Source of the DNA: a bacterium | Lineage (GTDB): Bacteria > UBA8248 > JACPRG01 > G963555815 | DNA: 64,000 nt | Assembly: GCA_965218795.1 (NCBI GenBank) | Contig: OZ244653.1 | Location: 3,136,001 to 3,200,000 of the forward strand | Direction of reading: 5' to 3' | In this document: one piece after another, positions 9,824 to 19,900 of the stretch | Position numbering within the stretch: position 1 is the stretch's first letter | Layout of the letters: each line of letters opens with the position of its first letter | The notes under the pieces: model-generated | What the model saw: only the letters and a program-made list of their open reading frames with translations | What the model was told of the DNA's origin: nothing | The model's database searches: none | Program-made: the position numbers and the translations under genes

Positions 9824-11461
9824 TTACTTTTCCGGCGCGCTCCGGAAGGCCTTTGAAACGATCTCTCGGACTTCCCGGGCCGACCCGGGCGGCGACTTGG
9901 GCACGACAGGACGCGCGAACGCCTTGCCGTCGATGGGCTTGCCCGCTTTCGCCAGTTCCATCTGCTTCACGAGGTTTTTGACCGCGGGCTCCATCAGGTT
10001 GATGAACGGTTTCGGATAGATTCCGATCCAGAACATGAGGAGAATAATCGGCATCATGTAGACGACTTCCCGCACGTTCAGATCCGTCAAATTCTGGTTC
10101 TCGGGCTTATCGAGGTTTCCGAACATCATCCGTTGGAAGAGCCAGAGCATGTATGCCGCCCCCAGGACAATACCCGCCACCGCAAAGCCCGCATAGACCT
10201 TGCTGACCTGGAATGCGCCCACCAGGATCAGGAACTCACCGATAAATCCGTTCAGCCCCGGCAGGCCGATCGAAGAGAACATGGTGATCGCGAAGATGAC
10301 GGTGAAGATTGGGACGACCTTCGAGAGGCCGCCGTAATCGGCGATCAACCTCGTATGACGCCGCTCATAGATGATTCCGACAATCAGGAAGAGCGCCCCC
10401 GTGGAGAGACCGTGGTTGAGGTTTTGAAGGAGAGCGCCCACCAGCCCCTGAGAGTTGAGGGCGAATATGCCCAGCATGACAAAGCCCAAGTGACTCACTG
10501 AGCTGTAGGCCACGAGCTTCTTGACGTCCTGCTGCGCCATGGCGACCAGAGCCCCGTAAATGATGCCGACAATGGCCAACAGCGCCATGAACGGGACCAT
10601 CGTCTCACTCGCCTGCGGCACCAACGGCAAATTGAAACGGACGAAACCGTAGGTTCCCATCTTCAGCAGCACGCCCGCCAGGATCACACTCCCGGCCGTG
10701 GGAGCCTCCACATGCGCGTCGGGCAGCCACGTGTGGAATGGAAACATGGGAACCTTGATGGCGAACCCCACGAAGAGCGCCAGGAAGACCCAGAACTGGT
10801 AGTCCGCAGGAAGCCTGGGCGCCATCCGATAAAGCTCGAGGAGATTGAACGTCAGCTCGCCCGAGCCGTACGCCGGGTTGGCGTTCAGGAAATACAGGGC
10901 CAGGAAGCCCAGCAGAAGGAGGACGCTGCCCACCAGCGTATACAGAAAGAACTTGATGGCCGCGTAAAGCTTTCTGGGCCCGCCCCAGATCCCGATCAGG
11001 AAGTACATCGGGACGAGCATCACCTCCCAGAAGATATAGAACAGGAACAGATCCAGCGAAACGAAGACGCCCAGCATCCCTGTCTCGAGAATGAGGAGGC
11101 TGATGTAGTACTCTTTTTCACGTTCCCCAATGGCTTTGTAGGAACAAAGAATCGAGATCGAGGAGAGAAGGGTCGTCAAGAGAATCAGAAGGATGCTGAT
11201 GCCGTCCAGGCCCATGAAGTAGGTGACGCCGATGGACGGGATCCAAGTGTATTGCTCCACAAACTGCATTCGGACGTTGTTGGCGTCGAAGGCCGGCAAC
11301 AGCCAGAGGGAAAGGGCCAGGGTGATCAGCGATACGATCAGGGTGAAGTTCCTGATGGCCGCCGCCTTCTCCCGGGGGAAGAAGAGCATCACGATGAAGG
11401 CCCCGATGATGGGGACAAAAACCATATAGGTCAAAACCGGGAAACCCAGAACGTTCGTCAT
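9824..11461 (-). CDS. nuoM: NADH-quinone oxidoreductase subunit M (operon 1)
   Basis: FWEVMLVPMY, AIKFFLYT, KVPMFPFHTWLPDAHVEAPT, LLKMGTYG; basic C-terminal extension. Confidence 0.96.
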   Translation of the reverse strand: MTNVLGFPVLTYMVFVPIIGAFIVMLFFPREKAAAIRNFTLIVSLITLALSLWLLPAFDANNVRMQFVEQYTWIPSIGVTYFMGLDGISILLILLTTLLSSISILCSYKAIGEREKEYYISLLILETGMLGVFVSLDLFLFYIFWEVMLVPMYFLIGIWGGPRKLYAAIKFFLYTLVGSVLLLLGFLALYFLNANPAYGSGELTFNLLELYRMAPRLPADYQFWVFLALFVGFAIKVPMFPFHTWLPDAHVEAPTAGSVILAGVLLKMGTYGFVRFNLPLVPQASETMVPFMALLAIVGIIYGALVAMAQQDVKKLVAYSSVSHLGFVMLGIFALNSQGLVGALLQNLNHGLSTGALFLIVGIIYERRHTRLIADYGGLSKVVPIFTVIFAITMFSSIGLPGLNGFIGEFLILVGAFQVSKVYAGFAVAGIVLGAAYMLWLFQRMMFGNLDKPENQNLTDLNVREVVYMMPIILLMFWIGIYPKPFINLMEPAVKNLVKQMELAKAGKPIDGKAFARPVVPKSPPGSAREVREIVSKAFRSAPEK

Positions 11462-11558
11462 TGCAATCGGTCCTTTACATCGCGTCCGGGCGACGGGTCT
11501 TTTCCGACGTCATGCCCGAGAGCTCAGTCATCCGTCCAGTGCGGATTCCGTCCCTCCG

Positions 11559-13595
11559 TTATCCATACAAGAGGTACAAACTCAGAATGATGAATACACC
11601 GATGAGCATGGCGAGGGCATAGTTCTGAACAGCCCCGGTCTGAACCCGCCGGAGGCCCCGCCCCCAATTCGTCAGGATCACACCGATCCCGTTGACGGCC
11701 CCGTCCACCGTCCGCAGGTCAAAGACACCTGACAACCTGCTGGACCAAACGGTCACCCAGGAGGTCCCGTTGACGGCCCCGTCCACGCCCTTGGAGTCCA
11801 CCCAAAACAGGGCCCGCATCAGCCAAAGTATCGGTCGGATGATGCAGGCATCGTAAATCTCGTCCACCCAATACTTGTTCAGCAGCAGGCGATAGGTGCC
11901 CTGGAATCTATCGGTCAGGCGATTGGCCAGATCCAGGTTCTTCGTGTACATGTGCCGGGCGAGCATCCACCCGCTGACCCCGACGACAACGGAGACCGCC
12001 GCCAGAATCCAATGCAGCGCGCCCGATGAACCGCCCCCCGCCGCCGCTGCCAGCTGAATTCCCGCAGGCGCCGCGGCATGGGAAGAAGCCCTGAAAACGG
12101 GCGCCATATAATCCGAAAACCAGTGCAGCCCCGGCATATCCACCCAACCGCCAATCGCCGCCAAAACCGCCAGGATCATCAACGGGATCGTGATGACCGA
12201 TGGTGACTCGTGCAGATGGTGCGCCGCCTCATGGCCCACCCGAGACTCGCCGTAAAAGGTCATGTAGATCAGCCGGAACATGTAAAAAGCCGTCATGAAC
12301 GCCCCGATCAGCCCGATCACGTAGAGCGTGTAATGGCCCGATTCGAACGTCCCGGCCAGAATGGAGTCCTTGCTGAAGAAACCCGCGAACGGGGGAATCC
12401 CCGCGATGGCCAGCGCACCGATGTAGAACGTGATCGCAGTGACGGGCATGTGCTTGCGGAGCCCGCCCATATAACGCATGTCCTGCCGCCGCGCCTCGTC
12501 CGGATCCCCGTGGAGGGCGTGGATGACGCTCCCCGATCCCAGAAAGAGCAGTCCCTTGAAGAAGGCGTGAGTCATCAGGTGAAAGATCGCGAAGGAAAAG
12601 GCTCCCACGCCGCAGCCCAGGAACATATAGCCCAACTGACTCACGGTCGAATAGGCCAGGACCCGTTTGATGTCGTTCTGCACCAGCCCGATAGCCGCCG
12701 CGAATATCGCCGTCAGCCCGCCGATAATCGCCACGATTTCCATTGAGACGGGAGCCAGCAGGTACAGGGCGCTGGATCGGGCCACCATATAAACCCCCGC
12801 CGTCACCATGGTGGCGGCATGGATGAGCGCGCTGACGGGAGTCGGGCCTTCCATGGCGTCGGGCAGCCACACATACAGCGGAATCTGCGCCGATTTTCCG
12901 ACCGCGCCGATGAACAGACAAATCGTGATGAAGGTGGCGGAGGAGGCGATGGCGGAGCCGGGCCCCGCGGCCCGGGCCTGATCGATCACCCCGTCCCCGC
13001 CAAAATAAGCGAGGGTGCCGAAGACCTGGAAGATCATGAACACGCCCAGGAGGAAACCCGCGTCACCGATTCGGTTGACGATGAAGGCCTTCTTCCCCGC
13101 GTCGGACGCGGACTTCTTGTGGTACCAGAAACCAATCAGCAGATAAGAGCACAGCCCCACGCCCTCCCAGCCGACGAACATCAGCAGGTAGTTGTTCCCC
13201 AGGATCAGGATCAGCATGGCGAACATGAAGAGATTCAGGTACGTGAAGAACCGTGCGTAACCCGGATCGCCGTGCATATAGCCGATGGAATAGACGTGGA
13301 TCAGGAAGCCCACACCCGCTACGACAAGCAGCATGACCGAGCTCAGCGGATCGAGACGAAAGCCCACTTCCGTTTTCAGCGTTCCAGCCAGAACCCAGTC
13401 GAAAAGGGTGACTTCGATCGTCCTGCCCTGCAGGATCGTCTGGTTGAGGACGATCAGGGCGAAGAGAAGCGAGAGGGCCGTCGACAGGATGGCGATCCAG
13501 TGCGCCTTCCTGCCGGTCCACCGGCCGAAGAGACCGTTGATCAGGGCTCCCAGACCAGGCAACGCGACAATCCAAGGAATGAGTTGTTCGGCCAT
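11559..13595 (-). CDS. nuoL: NADH-quinone oxidoreductase subunit L (operon 1)
   Basis: GWEGVGLCSYLLIGFW, KAFIVNRIGD, KSAQIPLYVWLPDAMEGPTPVSALIHAATMV. Confidence 0.96.
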   Translation of the reverse strand: MAEQLIPWIVALPGLGALINGLFGRWTGRKAHWIAILSTALSLLFALIVLNQTILQGRTIEVTLFDWVLAGTLKTEVGFRLDPLSSVMLLVVAGVGFLIHVYSIGYMHGDPGYARFFTYLNLFMFAMLILILGNNYLLMFVGWEGVGLCSYLLIGFWYHKKSASDAGKKAFIVNRIGDAGFLLGVFMIFQVFGTLAYFGGDGVIDQARAAGPGSAIASSATFITICLFIGAVGKSAQIPLYVWLPDAMEGPTPVSALIHAATMVTAGVYMVARSSALYLLAPVSMEIVAIIGGLTAIFAAAIGLVQNDIKRVLAYSTVSQLGYMFLGCGVGAFSFAIFHLMTHAFFKGLLFLGSGSVIHALHGDPDEARRQDMRYMGGLRKHMPVTAITFYIGALAIAGIPPFAGFFSKDSILAGTFESGHYTLYVIGLIGAFMTAFYMFRLIYMTFYGESRVGHEAAHHLHESPSVITIPLMILAVLAAIGGWVDMPGLHWFSDYMAPVFRASSHAAAPAGIQLAAAAGGGSSGALHWILAAVSVVVGVSGWMLARHMYTKNLDLANRLTDRFQGTYRLLLNKYWVDEIYDACIIRPILWLMRALFWVDSKGVDGAVNGTSWVTVWSSRLSGVFDLRTVDGAVNGIGVILTNWGRGLRRVQTGAVQNYALAMLIGVFIILSLYLLYG

Positions 13596-13605
13596 GCTCA
13601 GCGAC

Positions 13606-13908
13606 TCACCACTTGAGGATGTTGATCTCGTCCACGTTCAGCGTGGCTTTTCTACGGTTCAGTGAAATGATGAAGGCCAGACCGACCGCCGCCTCGACGG
13701 CGGCAACCGTGATCACGAAGATGACGAACATCTGCCCCATCATGTTTCCGTTCATTTTGGCGAACGCGATGAACGTCAGGTTGACGGCGTTCAGCATCAA
13801 CTCAATCGACATCAGAATCATGATGACGTTCCGCCGCGTCACGACGCCGATCCCGCCGATGACAAAGACCATCCCGGCGAGGGCCAGGTAGTATTCGCCC
13901 GGTACCAT
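13606..13908 (-). CDS. nuoK: NADH-quinone oxidoreductase subunit K (operon 1)
   Basis: [30 protein letters not shown]; start moved to ATG at 13908. Confidence 0.95.
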   Translation of the reverse strand: MVPGEYYLALAGMVFVIGGIGVVTRRNVIMILMSIELMLNAVNLTFIAFAKMNGNMMGQMFVIFVITVAAVEAAVGLAFIISLNRRKATLNVDEINILKW

Positions 13909-13978
13909 CAGCGTTTCTCTCCCCGAAGGTCGCACGGGCCGGGCAGGCAAACCGGTTGAAGTCTCGCTTGTGTGGTCA

Positions 13979-14497
13979 TCACTCGATATTTCGCTTCGCC
14001 ATGACGATTGCGCCGATCATGGCCGCCAACAGCAACAGCGAAGTCACCTCAAAGGGAAAAAGGAACTGGGTGTAGAGCGTGGCGCCGAACGCCTCGGTGT
14101 TTCCCCCATATGCGTTCAAGACCGATTTCGCGGCTTCGGCCGTCTTCGCCGAAGGGGCCGCGATGCCCTTCGCAAAGATGGCCAGAAGCTCTACGGCGAG
14201 CAGAACCCCGATCACGGCCGCCGCAACCTTCTGGCGGTGCCACTGCCGCTCGGCCATCGACTCCCGGACGTTGATGAGCATGATGACAAAGACATAGAGC
14301 ATCATGATGGCGCCGGCGTAAATCAGCACCTGAATCGCCGCCAGGAATTCCGCTTCGAGCATGACGTACAGGGCGGCCGCGCAAAAGAGCGTCAGCAGCA
14401 GATAGAGCGCCGCGTGAACGACGTTTCGTCGCGTGATCACCAGCACCGAAGCGATCAGCATGACGCCGCCAAAGAGTATGAAGAAGGCCCATTCCAT
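13979..14497 (-). CDS. nuoJ: NADH-quinone oxidoreductase subunit J (operon 1)
   Basis: [40 protein letters not shown]. Confidence 0.95.
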   Translation of the reverse strand: MEWAFFILFGGVMLIASVLVITRRNVVHAALYLLLTLFCAAALYVMLEAEFLAAIQVLIYAGAIMMLYVFVIMLINVRESMAERQWHRQKVAAAVIGVLLAVELLAIFAKGIAAPSAKTAEAAKSVLNAYGGNTEAFGATLYTQFLFPFEVTSLLLLAAMIGAIVMAKRNIE

Positions 14498-14557
14498 CAA
14501 TTCGACCGTCCTTTGCGCTTTCGATCCACCCCGGTCTGCGCGCCGCGCTCGGGCCGA

Positions 14558-15511
14558 TCAGACCAGGTACATCAAAAGTCCAGTCGCGAAGATATTGGCC
14601 AGAGCAAGGGGAAACATGATCTTCCATCCCAATCGCATGAGCTGGTCGTACCGGAACCGCGGCAACGTCGCACGGAGCCACATCATGAAGAACATGCCGA
14701 GGAACACCTTGATGATGAACCAGTGAACGCCCGGAACGATGGGGCCCAGGTAGCCGCCGAAGAAGACGACGGCGGCGACGGAGCAGACGATCAGCATGTT
14801 GGCGTACTCGGCCAGGAAGAAGAAGGCGAACTTCATCCCGCTGTATTCGGTATGGAACCCGGCCACCAGTTCGGTTTCAGCTTCGGGCAGGTCGAAAGGC
14901 ACCCGGTTGGTCTCCGCAAGTCCGGCGATGAAGAACAACACGAAGGCCAGAGGCTGGTAAAAGATATACCAAGCCTCTTGCTGACCCTCGACGATTCCCT
15001 TCATATTCAGAGTGCCCGCAACCATCAATGGCCCGATGAGGGCAAATCCCAGGAAAATCTCATAGGAGATCATCTGCGCAGCCGCTCGGAAGGCCCCGAG
15101 CATTGAATACTTGCTTCCCGAGGCCCAGCCCGCCATCACGACGCCGAATATCCCCAATGAGGAGACACCGACGATAAACAACAGACCAATGTTCAGGTTG
15201 GCGATAATGAACCCTTCGGAAAACGGGATCACGGAATAGACGACGAAGGCGGGGATCAGCGCAAGGAGAGGCGCGATCAGGAAGACCGCCTTGTCGGACT
15301 CCCGCGGAATGATGTCTTCCTTCAAAAAGAGCTTGAGTCCGTCGGCGATTGGCTGCAACAGCCCATGCGGTCCGACGCGCATCGGCCCCAGACGCACCTG
15401 CATATGGCCGATCACCTTCCTCTCCATATACGTCATATAGGCCACCACCAGGGACACGGTCCCCCACACGACGACGATCTTAATCACGGCAAAAACGGTT
15501 TCGACCCACAT
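14558..15511 (-). CDS. nuoH: NADH-quinone oxidoreductase subunit H (operon 1)
   Basis: [47 protein letters not shown]. Confidence 0.96.
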   Translation of the reverse strand: MWVETVFAVIKIVVVWGTVSLVVAYMTYMERKVIGHMQVRLGPMRVGPHGLLQPIADGLKLFLKEDIIPRESDKAVFLIAPLLALIPAFVVYSVIPFSEGFIIANLNIGLLFIVGVSSLGIFGVVMAGWASGSKYSMLGAFRAAAQMISYEIFLGFALIGPLMVAGTLNMKGIVEGQQEAWYIFYQPLAFVLFFIAGLAETNRVPFDLPEAETELVAGFHTEYSGMKFAFFFLAEYANMLIVCSVAAVVFFGGYLGPIVPGVHWFIIKVFLGMFFMMWLRATLPRFRYDQLMRLGWKIMFPLALANIFATGLLMYLV

Positions 15512-15550
15512 CCCTGGTCTGCTGACTCCCTTGCCGGACTGAGGCCTTGG

Positions 15551-16681
15551 TTAGCGGTCTACCTCGCCCAGGACAATGTCGATGCTCCCGATGGCCGCGA
15601 TGGCGTCGGCCACGAGCTGGTCCTGCAACATAAAGGGCAGGGCCTGAAGGTTGATGAAGGAAGGGGGCCGGATCCGCAGCCGGTAGGGCCGGTCCGTCCC
15701 GTCGCTCACAAGGTAATAGCCCAACTCCCCCTTCGGACTCTCGATCCGGTGGTAGACATCCCCCAGCTTCGGCTTGAGCGTCCTCGGCACCTTGGCCATC
15801 GTTCGTCCGGTCGGCAAATCGGAGACTGCCTGATCGATGATGTAGCAGCTCTGACGCATCTCTTCCAATCGGACGAGATAACGATCATAGGTGTCGCCGT
15901 TTTTCCCCACCGGAACGGTAAAGTCGAAATCCTCATAGGCGGCATACGGCTCGGCTTTGCGAATGTCGAACGGGACGCCGGCCCCCCGGATGATGGGCCC
16001 GCTGACGCCCAGATTGGTCGCGTCTTCCGCATTGAGCACCGCGACCCCGCGCGTGCGCTTCTGCCAGATCCGGTTCTCCGTCAGGAGGTCCTCGTAGTCG
16101 TACATCGCCCGGGGGAAATAGCGGACAAAATCTTCGCAGGCGAGGAAAAACTCGGTCGGCGGATCTTCAAAAATTCCACCGACACGGAAGCTGTGAACGG
16201 TGAGTCGCGCCCCGTAGGCGGTCTCAAACAGGTCCAGGATTTTCTCCCGGTCCCGGAAGCAATAGAGAAACACCGTCATGGCCCCGATATCCAGGGCGTG
16301 GGTGCCCAGCCAGAGCAGGTGGCTCGCAATACGGGTCAACTCCGCCGTGATGACGCGAACGTATTTGGCCCGGATGGGAACGTCCAGCTCCAGGAGCTTT
16401 TCGACGGTCTCAACGTAGCCCTCGTTGCCGGTGGGAGAGGCGACGTAGTCCGTTCGATCCGTATAAGGGACAAATTGGCCGTAGGCGAGATTTTCCCCGA
16501 TCTTCTCCACTCCGCGATGGAGGTAACCGATGTCGCAGTCGGTATGCTTGATGGTCTCACCGTCCAACTGGAGGATGACCCGGAGAACACCGTGGGTGCT
16601 GGGGTGCTGGGGCCCCATGTTCACCACCAGTTCTTCGGTCTGCGGAACGATGGGGTCGGTTTTCTCAGGCGCCTGAACCAC
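15551..16681 (-). CDS. nuoD: NADH-quinone oxidoreductase subunit D (operon 1, short form about 376 aa)
   Basis: NMGPQHPSTHGVLR, GYLHRGVEK, DRTDY, DIVLGEVDR; GTG start at 16681 behind GAGAGGA RBS; no NiFe CxxC motifs. Confidence 0.95.
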   Translation of the reverse strand: MVQAPEKTDPIVPQTEELVVNMGPQHPSTHGVLRVILQLDGETIKHTDCDIGYLHRGVEKIGENLAYGQFVPYTDRTDYVASPTGNEGYVETVEKLLELDVPIRAKYVRVITAELTRIASHLLWLGTHALDIGAMTVFLYCFRDREKILDLFETAYGARLTVHSFRVGGIFEDPPTEFFLACEDFVRYFPRAMYDYEDLLTENRIWQKRTRGVAVLNAEDATNLGVSGPIIRGAGVPFDIRKAEPYAAYEDFDFTVPVGKNGDTYDRYLVRLEEMRQSCYIIDQAVSDLPTGRTMAKVPRTLKPKLGDVYHRIESPKGELGYYLVSDGTDRPYRLRIRPPSFINLQALPFMLQDQLVADAIAAIGSIDIVLGEVDR

Positions 16682-16694
16682 TTGGGGTGTCCTC

Positions 16695-17384
16695 TCAGCC
16701 CTTGGACTGGACGGGCCGACTGTCCGGGGGGATCTGCCGTTGCACCCAAGACAATCCGAAACCGTCGCCGGGGAGGGGGTATTCCTTCCGTAGGGGAAAT
16801 CCTTCCCAATCCGCGGGAAGCAGAATCCGGCGCAGGTCGGGATGACCTTCGAACTCAATCCCGAACATGTCGAAAGCTTCCCGCTCGAGCCAGTTCGCTG
16901 TCCGCCAAACGCCCTGAACCGACGAAACGGCATCACCCTCGGCCAGCCGCACCTTCAGCCGGAGGCGCTCGGAGCGCTCGATCGAAAACAACTGATAGAC
17001 GACCTCCAGAGGCTTTTCCCGCTCCGGATAGTGGACCCCGCACAGGTCCGACAGGAAATCGAAGCCATGTTCCTCTTTGAGGAAGCGGCACAATACCAAA
17101 ATCCGGCCAGCGGGCACGACCATGGAGACCTCATCGGGACCTTCCGTAAACGAGGTGACCTCTTCGACTTCGTCTCCGATCAGGCTCCGGACGGCCTGCA
17201 CCCCTCGCAGGGACTCGATGGGATCCTCCGGCTCTTCGGACGGTTCCTCAGGGGGCGCAGCTTCGCCTTCGCCGCCTCCCGCGGAAGCGGCTTCTTCCGT
17301 GTTTTCTTGAGTTTCCGAGGACGGTTCCGACTCGGCAGCGGAGGGAGCCCCTTCTTCCTCCTCCGTCTGATTCTCTTCGGCCAT
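16695..17384 (-). CDS. nuoC: NADH-quinone oxidoreductase subunit C (operon 1) with acidic N-terminal extension
   Basis: ANWLEREAFDMFGI, GHPDLRRILLP, GFPLRKEYP. Confidence 0.95.
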   Translation of the reverse strand: MAEENQTEEEEGAPSAAESEPSSETQENTEEAASAGGGEGEAAPPEEPSEEPEDPIESLRGVQAVRSLIGDEVEEVTSFTEGPDEVSMVVPAGRILVLCRFLKEEHGFDFLSDLCGVHYPEREKPLEVVYQLFSIERSERLRLKVRLAEGDAVSSVQGVWRTANWLEREAFDMFGIEFEGHPDLRRILLPADWEGFPLRKEYPLPGDGFGLSWVQRQIPPDSRPVQSKG

Positions 17385-17399
17385 AAGTTTCCTGAATTG

Positions 17400-17876
17400 T
17401 TACGCGCGCAGGAACTTCTCCTGCTGAATCTTTTCCTGGAGTTTCAATACCCCCCACATCAGGGCTTCAGGACGCGGCGGGCACCCGGAGATGTAAATGT
17501 CTACCGGAACCACCTGGTCCACCCCCTGAAGAGTGGAGTAGGAGTTGAACGGTCCGCCGGCGGTCGAACAACTCCCCATCGAAATCACCCATCTCGGCTC
17601 GGGCATCTGGTCGTACACCTTTCGGAGCACCGGAGCCATCTTGTACGTGACCGTCCCGGCGACGATCATGACGTCCGACTGTCGCGGCGTCGCGCGGAAG
17701 ATCACACCGAACCGGTCGAAGTCGAAGCGCGAGGCTCCCGACGCCATCATCTCGATGGCACAGCAGGCCAATCCGAACGTCATGGGCCACAAGGCCGACT
17801 TCCGCGCCCAGTTCACCAGATAATCCAGCGTCGTGGTGAGAATGTTCTCCTGAAATCGGTGTTCGACTATACCCAT
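17400..17876 (-). CDS. nuoB: NADH-quinone oxidoreductase subunit B (operon 1)
   Basis: [30 protein letters not shown] (N2 cluster); start at ATG 17876 overlapping nuoA. Confidence 0.96.
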   Translation of the reverse strand: MGIVEHRFQENILTTTLDYLVNWARKSALWPMTFGLACCAIEMMASGASRFDFDRFGVIFRATPRQSDVMIVAGTVTYKMAPVLRKVYDQMPEPRWVISMGSCSTAGGPFNSYSTLQGVDQVVPVDIYISGCPPRPEALMWGVLKLQEKIQQEKFLRA

Positions 17877-18259
17877 TCCAGGGCTCCCTTCTTCCAGGCG
17901 TAAACGTATCCTACGAGCAGGATCAAGAGGAAGAGCATCATCTCGATGAACCCGAACAGACCGATACGGTCGTAGACCACGGCCCACGGAAAGAGAAATA
18001 CGCCTTCCACATCGAACAAGAGAAACAGGATGGCAACGATATAGAATCGGATGGAGAAATGCTCGCGCGCCCGGATTAAGGGAGGAATTCCGCATTCATA
18101 AGGTGAAAGTTTTTCCGGATCAGGTCGATGGGGGCGCACAATCGCGGCGATGATCAGCGTTCCTCCTCCGAAGGCCGCCGCCACCAGCAGAAAGATAAAG
18201 ACGGGTATAAATGGATGTATCGACGTATAGTCGCTGAAAAAGCGGCTCAGTAATTCCAC
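17867..18259 (-). CDS. nuoA: NADH-quinone oxidoreductase subunit A (operon 1)
   Basis: [24 protein letters not shown]. Confidence 0.95.
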   Translation of the reverse strand: MELLSRFFSDYTSIHPFIPVFIFLLVAAAFGGGTLIIAAIVRPHRPDPEKLSPYECGIPPLIRAREHFSIRFYIVAILFLLFDVEGVFLFPWAVVYDRIGLFGFIEMMLFLLILLVGYVYAWKKGALEWV

Positions 18260-18337
18260 GCTGACAGACCCTCGACTTGAATTGGATAGCAGACAGTCGA
18301 AATGTCACCGGATTGGGTACCACCAGAACGTAACGAA

Positions 18338-18366
18338 ATTATAATCCTTCCTCCACCCTCGTAAAA
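18338..18366 (-). promoter_or_regulatory. putative sigma70 promoter for nuo operon 1
   Basis: Minus-strand TATAAT at 18343-18338 with TTTACG/TTTTAC 16-17 nt upstream, in the AT-rich gap between nuoN2 and nuoA1. Confidence 0.5.
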
Positions 18367-18403
18367 GGGCAAATCGTAAATATTTGCACTTTTTTTCACA
18401 AGC

Positions 18404-19900
18404 TCAAAACCCCCCGGCGGCGGCCCATCTGGCCAGCGCCAAGGCCTGTGAAGGGAATATCCCGAGCTGAAGCGTCCCCCAGCCCGCGATCAGGAGACCC
18501 GCGGCGGTCAGGACACCGACCCGGAGGACCGCGGCGCCCGGGCCGGCTTCCATTTTCGCATCACCGGCCACAGCGCCCTCCGGCTCCCGCATGTACAGGT
18601 GGACGACGACACCCAGGTAGTAAGTCACGGCCGCCACGCTGTTCAGCACGGCGATGATCACCAGCCAGGTGTAACCGGCCTGCACCGCCGCACTGAAGAT
18701 GTAGACCTTGCCCATGAATCCGGCCGTCGGCGGAAGTCCTGCAAGGCTGAACATGAACAGGGCCAGGACGAATCCCAAAACCGGATGGCGGAACCCCAAC
18801 CCGTCGTATTCGGACAGCTCGAGCGATTCACGGCCGTCCCGATTCATCGCACCCAAAGCAATGATGACCCCGAAGGCTCCGACCGTGCTCAGCGTGTACT
18901 GGAACAGGTAGAACAGGAGACCACCGGAGCCGGTCTCATTCAGAGCAACCAGCGCCACGAGGAGATAGCCGGCATGGGCGATGCTCGAGTAGGCCAGCAT
19001 CCGCTTGATGTTGCGCTGGGTGATGGCAGCCACATTCCCCAAGGTCATGGTCAGGACGGCCATCACCCATAGAATTCCGCCCCAATCCACATGAAGGGCG
19101 GCGAGCGGGCCCGCGAAGACGCGGAACAGAGCAGCGAAGCCCGCGGCCTTGACAGCGGCCGCCATAAACCCCGTGACCGGAGTGGGCGCGCCTTCGTACA
19201 CGTCGGGGGCCCACATATGGAACGGCACCGCAGCCACTTTGAACCCGAACCCCACCACCAGCAACCCGATGCCCACCAGCAGGAGCCAGTCGGCGCCGCC
19301 CGATTGGCCGGCCAGCCTCTCGCTCAGGATGGCGTGGTCCAGGCTTCCGGTGCTGCCGTAGATCAGGGCGATTCCATAAAGCAAAAAACCGCTGGCAAAG
19401 GCCCCCATCAGGAAGTACTTCATGGACGCCTCGCTGGAGGCGACCCTCGTCTTGAGCAATCCCGCCAGGACATAGGAAGCAATGGACATCACCTCGAGAC
19501 CGAGGAAGATTGTGACCAGGTTCGTCCCGCCCGCCATCATGACCATCCCCGCAGCCGCAAAAAGCAATAGGGCGTAATACTCGCCCCCGGCGATTCCTTC
19601 GCGCGCCGTATAGTTGTAGGACAGAAGCCATGTGAGGGCAGTCCCCAAGACGAAGATCAACGTAAAGGCCTGGGTCACCCGGTCGGAGGAGAACATCCCG
19701 TTGAAGACCCGCTGGGGCGTATCCCAAATCGCGATGGCCGACGCCGCCGTTCCCGCCAAAATCACCAGGCCCAGTCCCGCGAGCCAGCCGCGGGCATCCT
19801 TCATGAAGACATCCACCATCAATACCGCAATGGCGCCCAGGCAGAGCCACACCAGGGGCAGAACGGCGGTCAGGTTAACGCTGGGAATTTCGGGCAACAC
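18404..19900 (-). CDS. nuoN: NADH-quinone oxidoreductase subunit N (operon 2)
   Basis: EASMKYFLMG, FKVAAVPFHMWAPDVYEGAPTP; GTG start at 19900 with GGGAG RBS. Confidence 0.95.
   Translation of the reverse strand: MLPEIPSVNLTAVLPLVWLCLGAIAVLMVDVFMKDARGWLAGLGLVILAGTAASAIAIWDTPQRVFNGMFSSDRVTQAFTLIFVLGTALTWLLSYNYTAREGIAGGEYYALLLFAAAGMVMMAGGTNLVTIFLGLEVMSIASYVLAGLLKTRVASSEASMKYFLMGAFASGFLLYGIALIYGSTGSLDHAILSERLAGQSGGADWLLLVGIGLLVVGFGFKVAAVPFHMWAPDVYEGAPTPVTGFMAAAVKAAGFAALFRVFAGPLAALHVDWGGILWVMAVLTMTLGNVAAITQRNIKRMLAYSSIAHAGYLLVALVALNETGSGGLLFYLFQYTLSTVGAFGVIIALGAMNRDGRESLELSEYDGLGFRHPVLGFVLALFMFSLAGLPPTAGFMGKVYIFSAAVQAGYTWLVIIAVLNSVAAVTYYLGVVVHLYMREPEGAVAGDAKMEAGPGAAVLRVGVLTAAGLLIAGWGTLQLGIFPSQALALARWAAAGGF

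Noticed and set aside
15551-16681. NuoD1 as a group 4 [NiFe]-hydrogenase large subunit
   Set aside because: No CxxC nickel motifs; it has the quinone-site HGVLR, the Tyr of DRTDY and a GEVDR C-terminus
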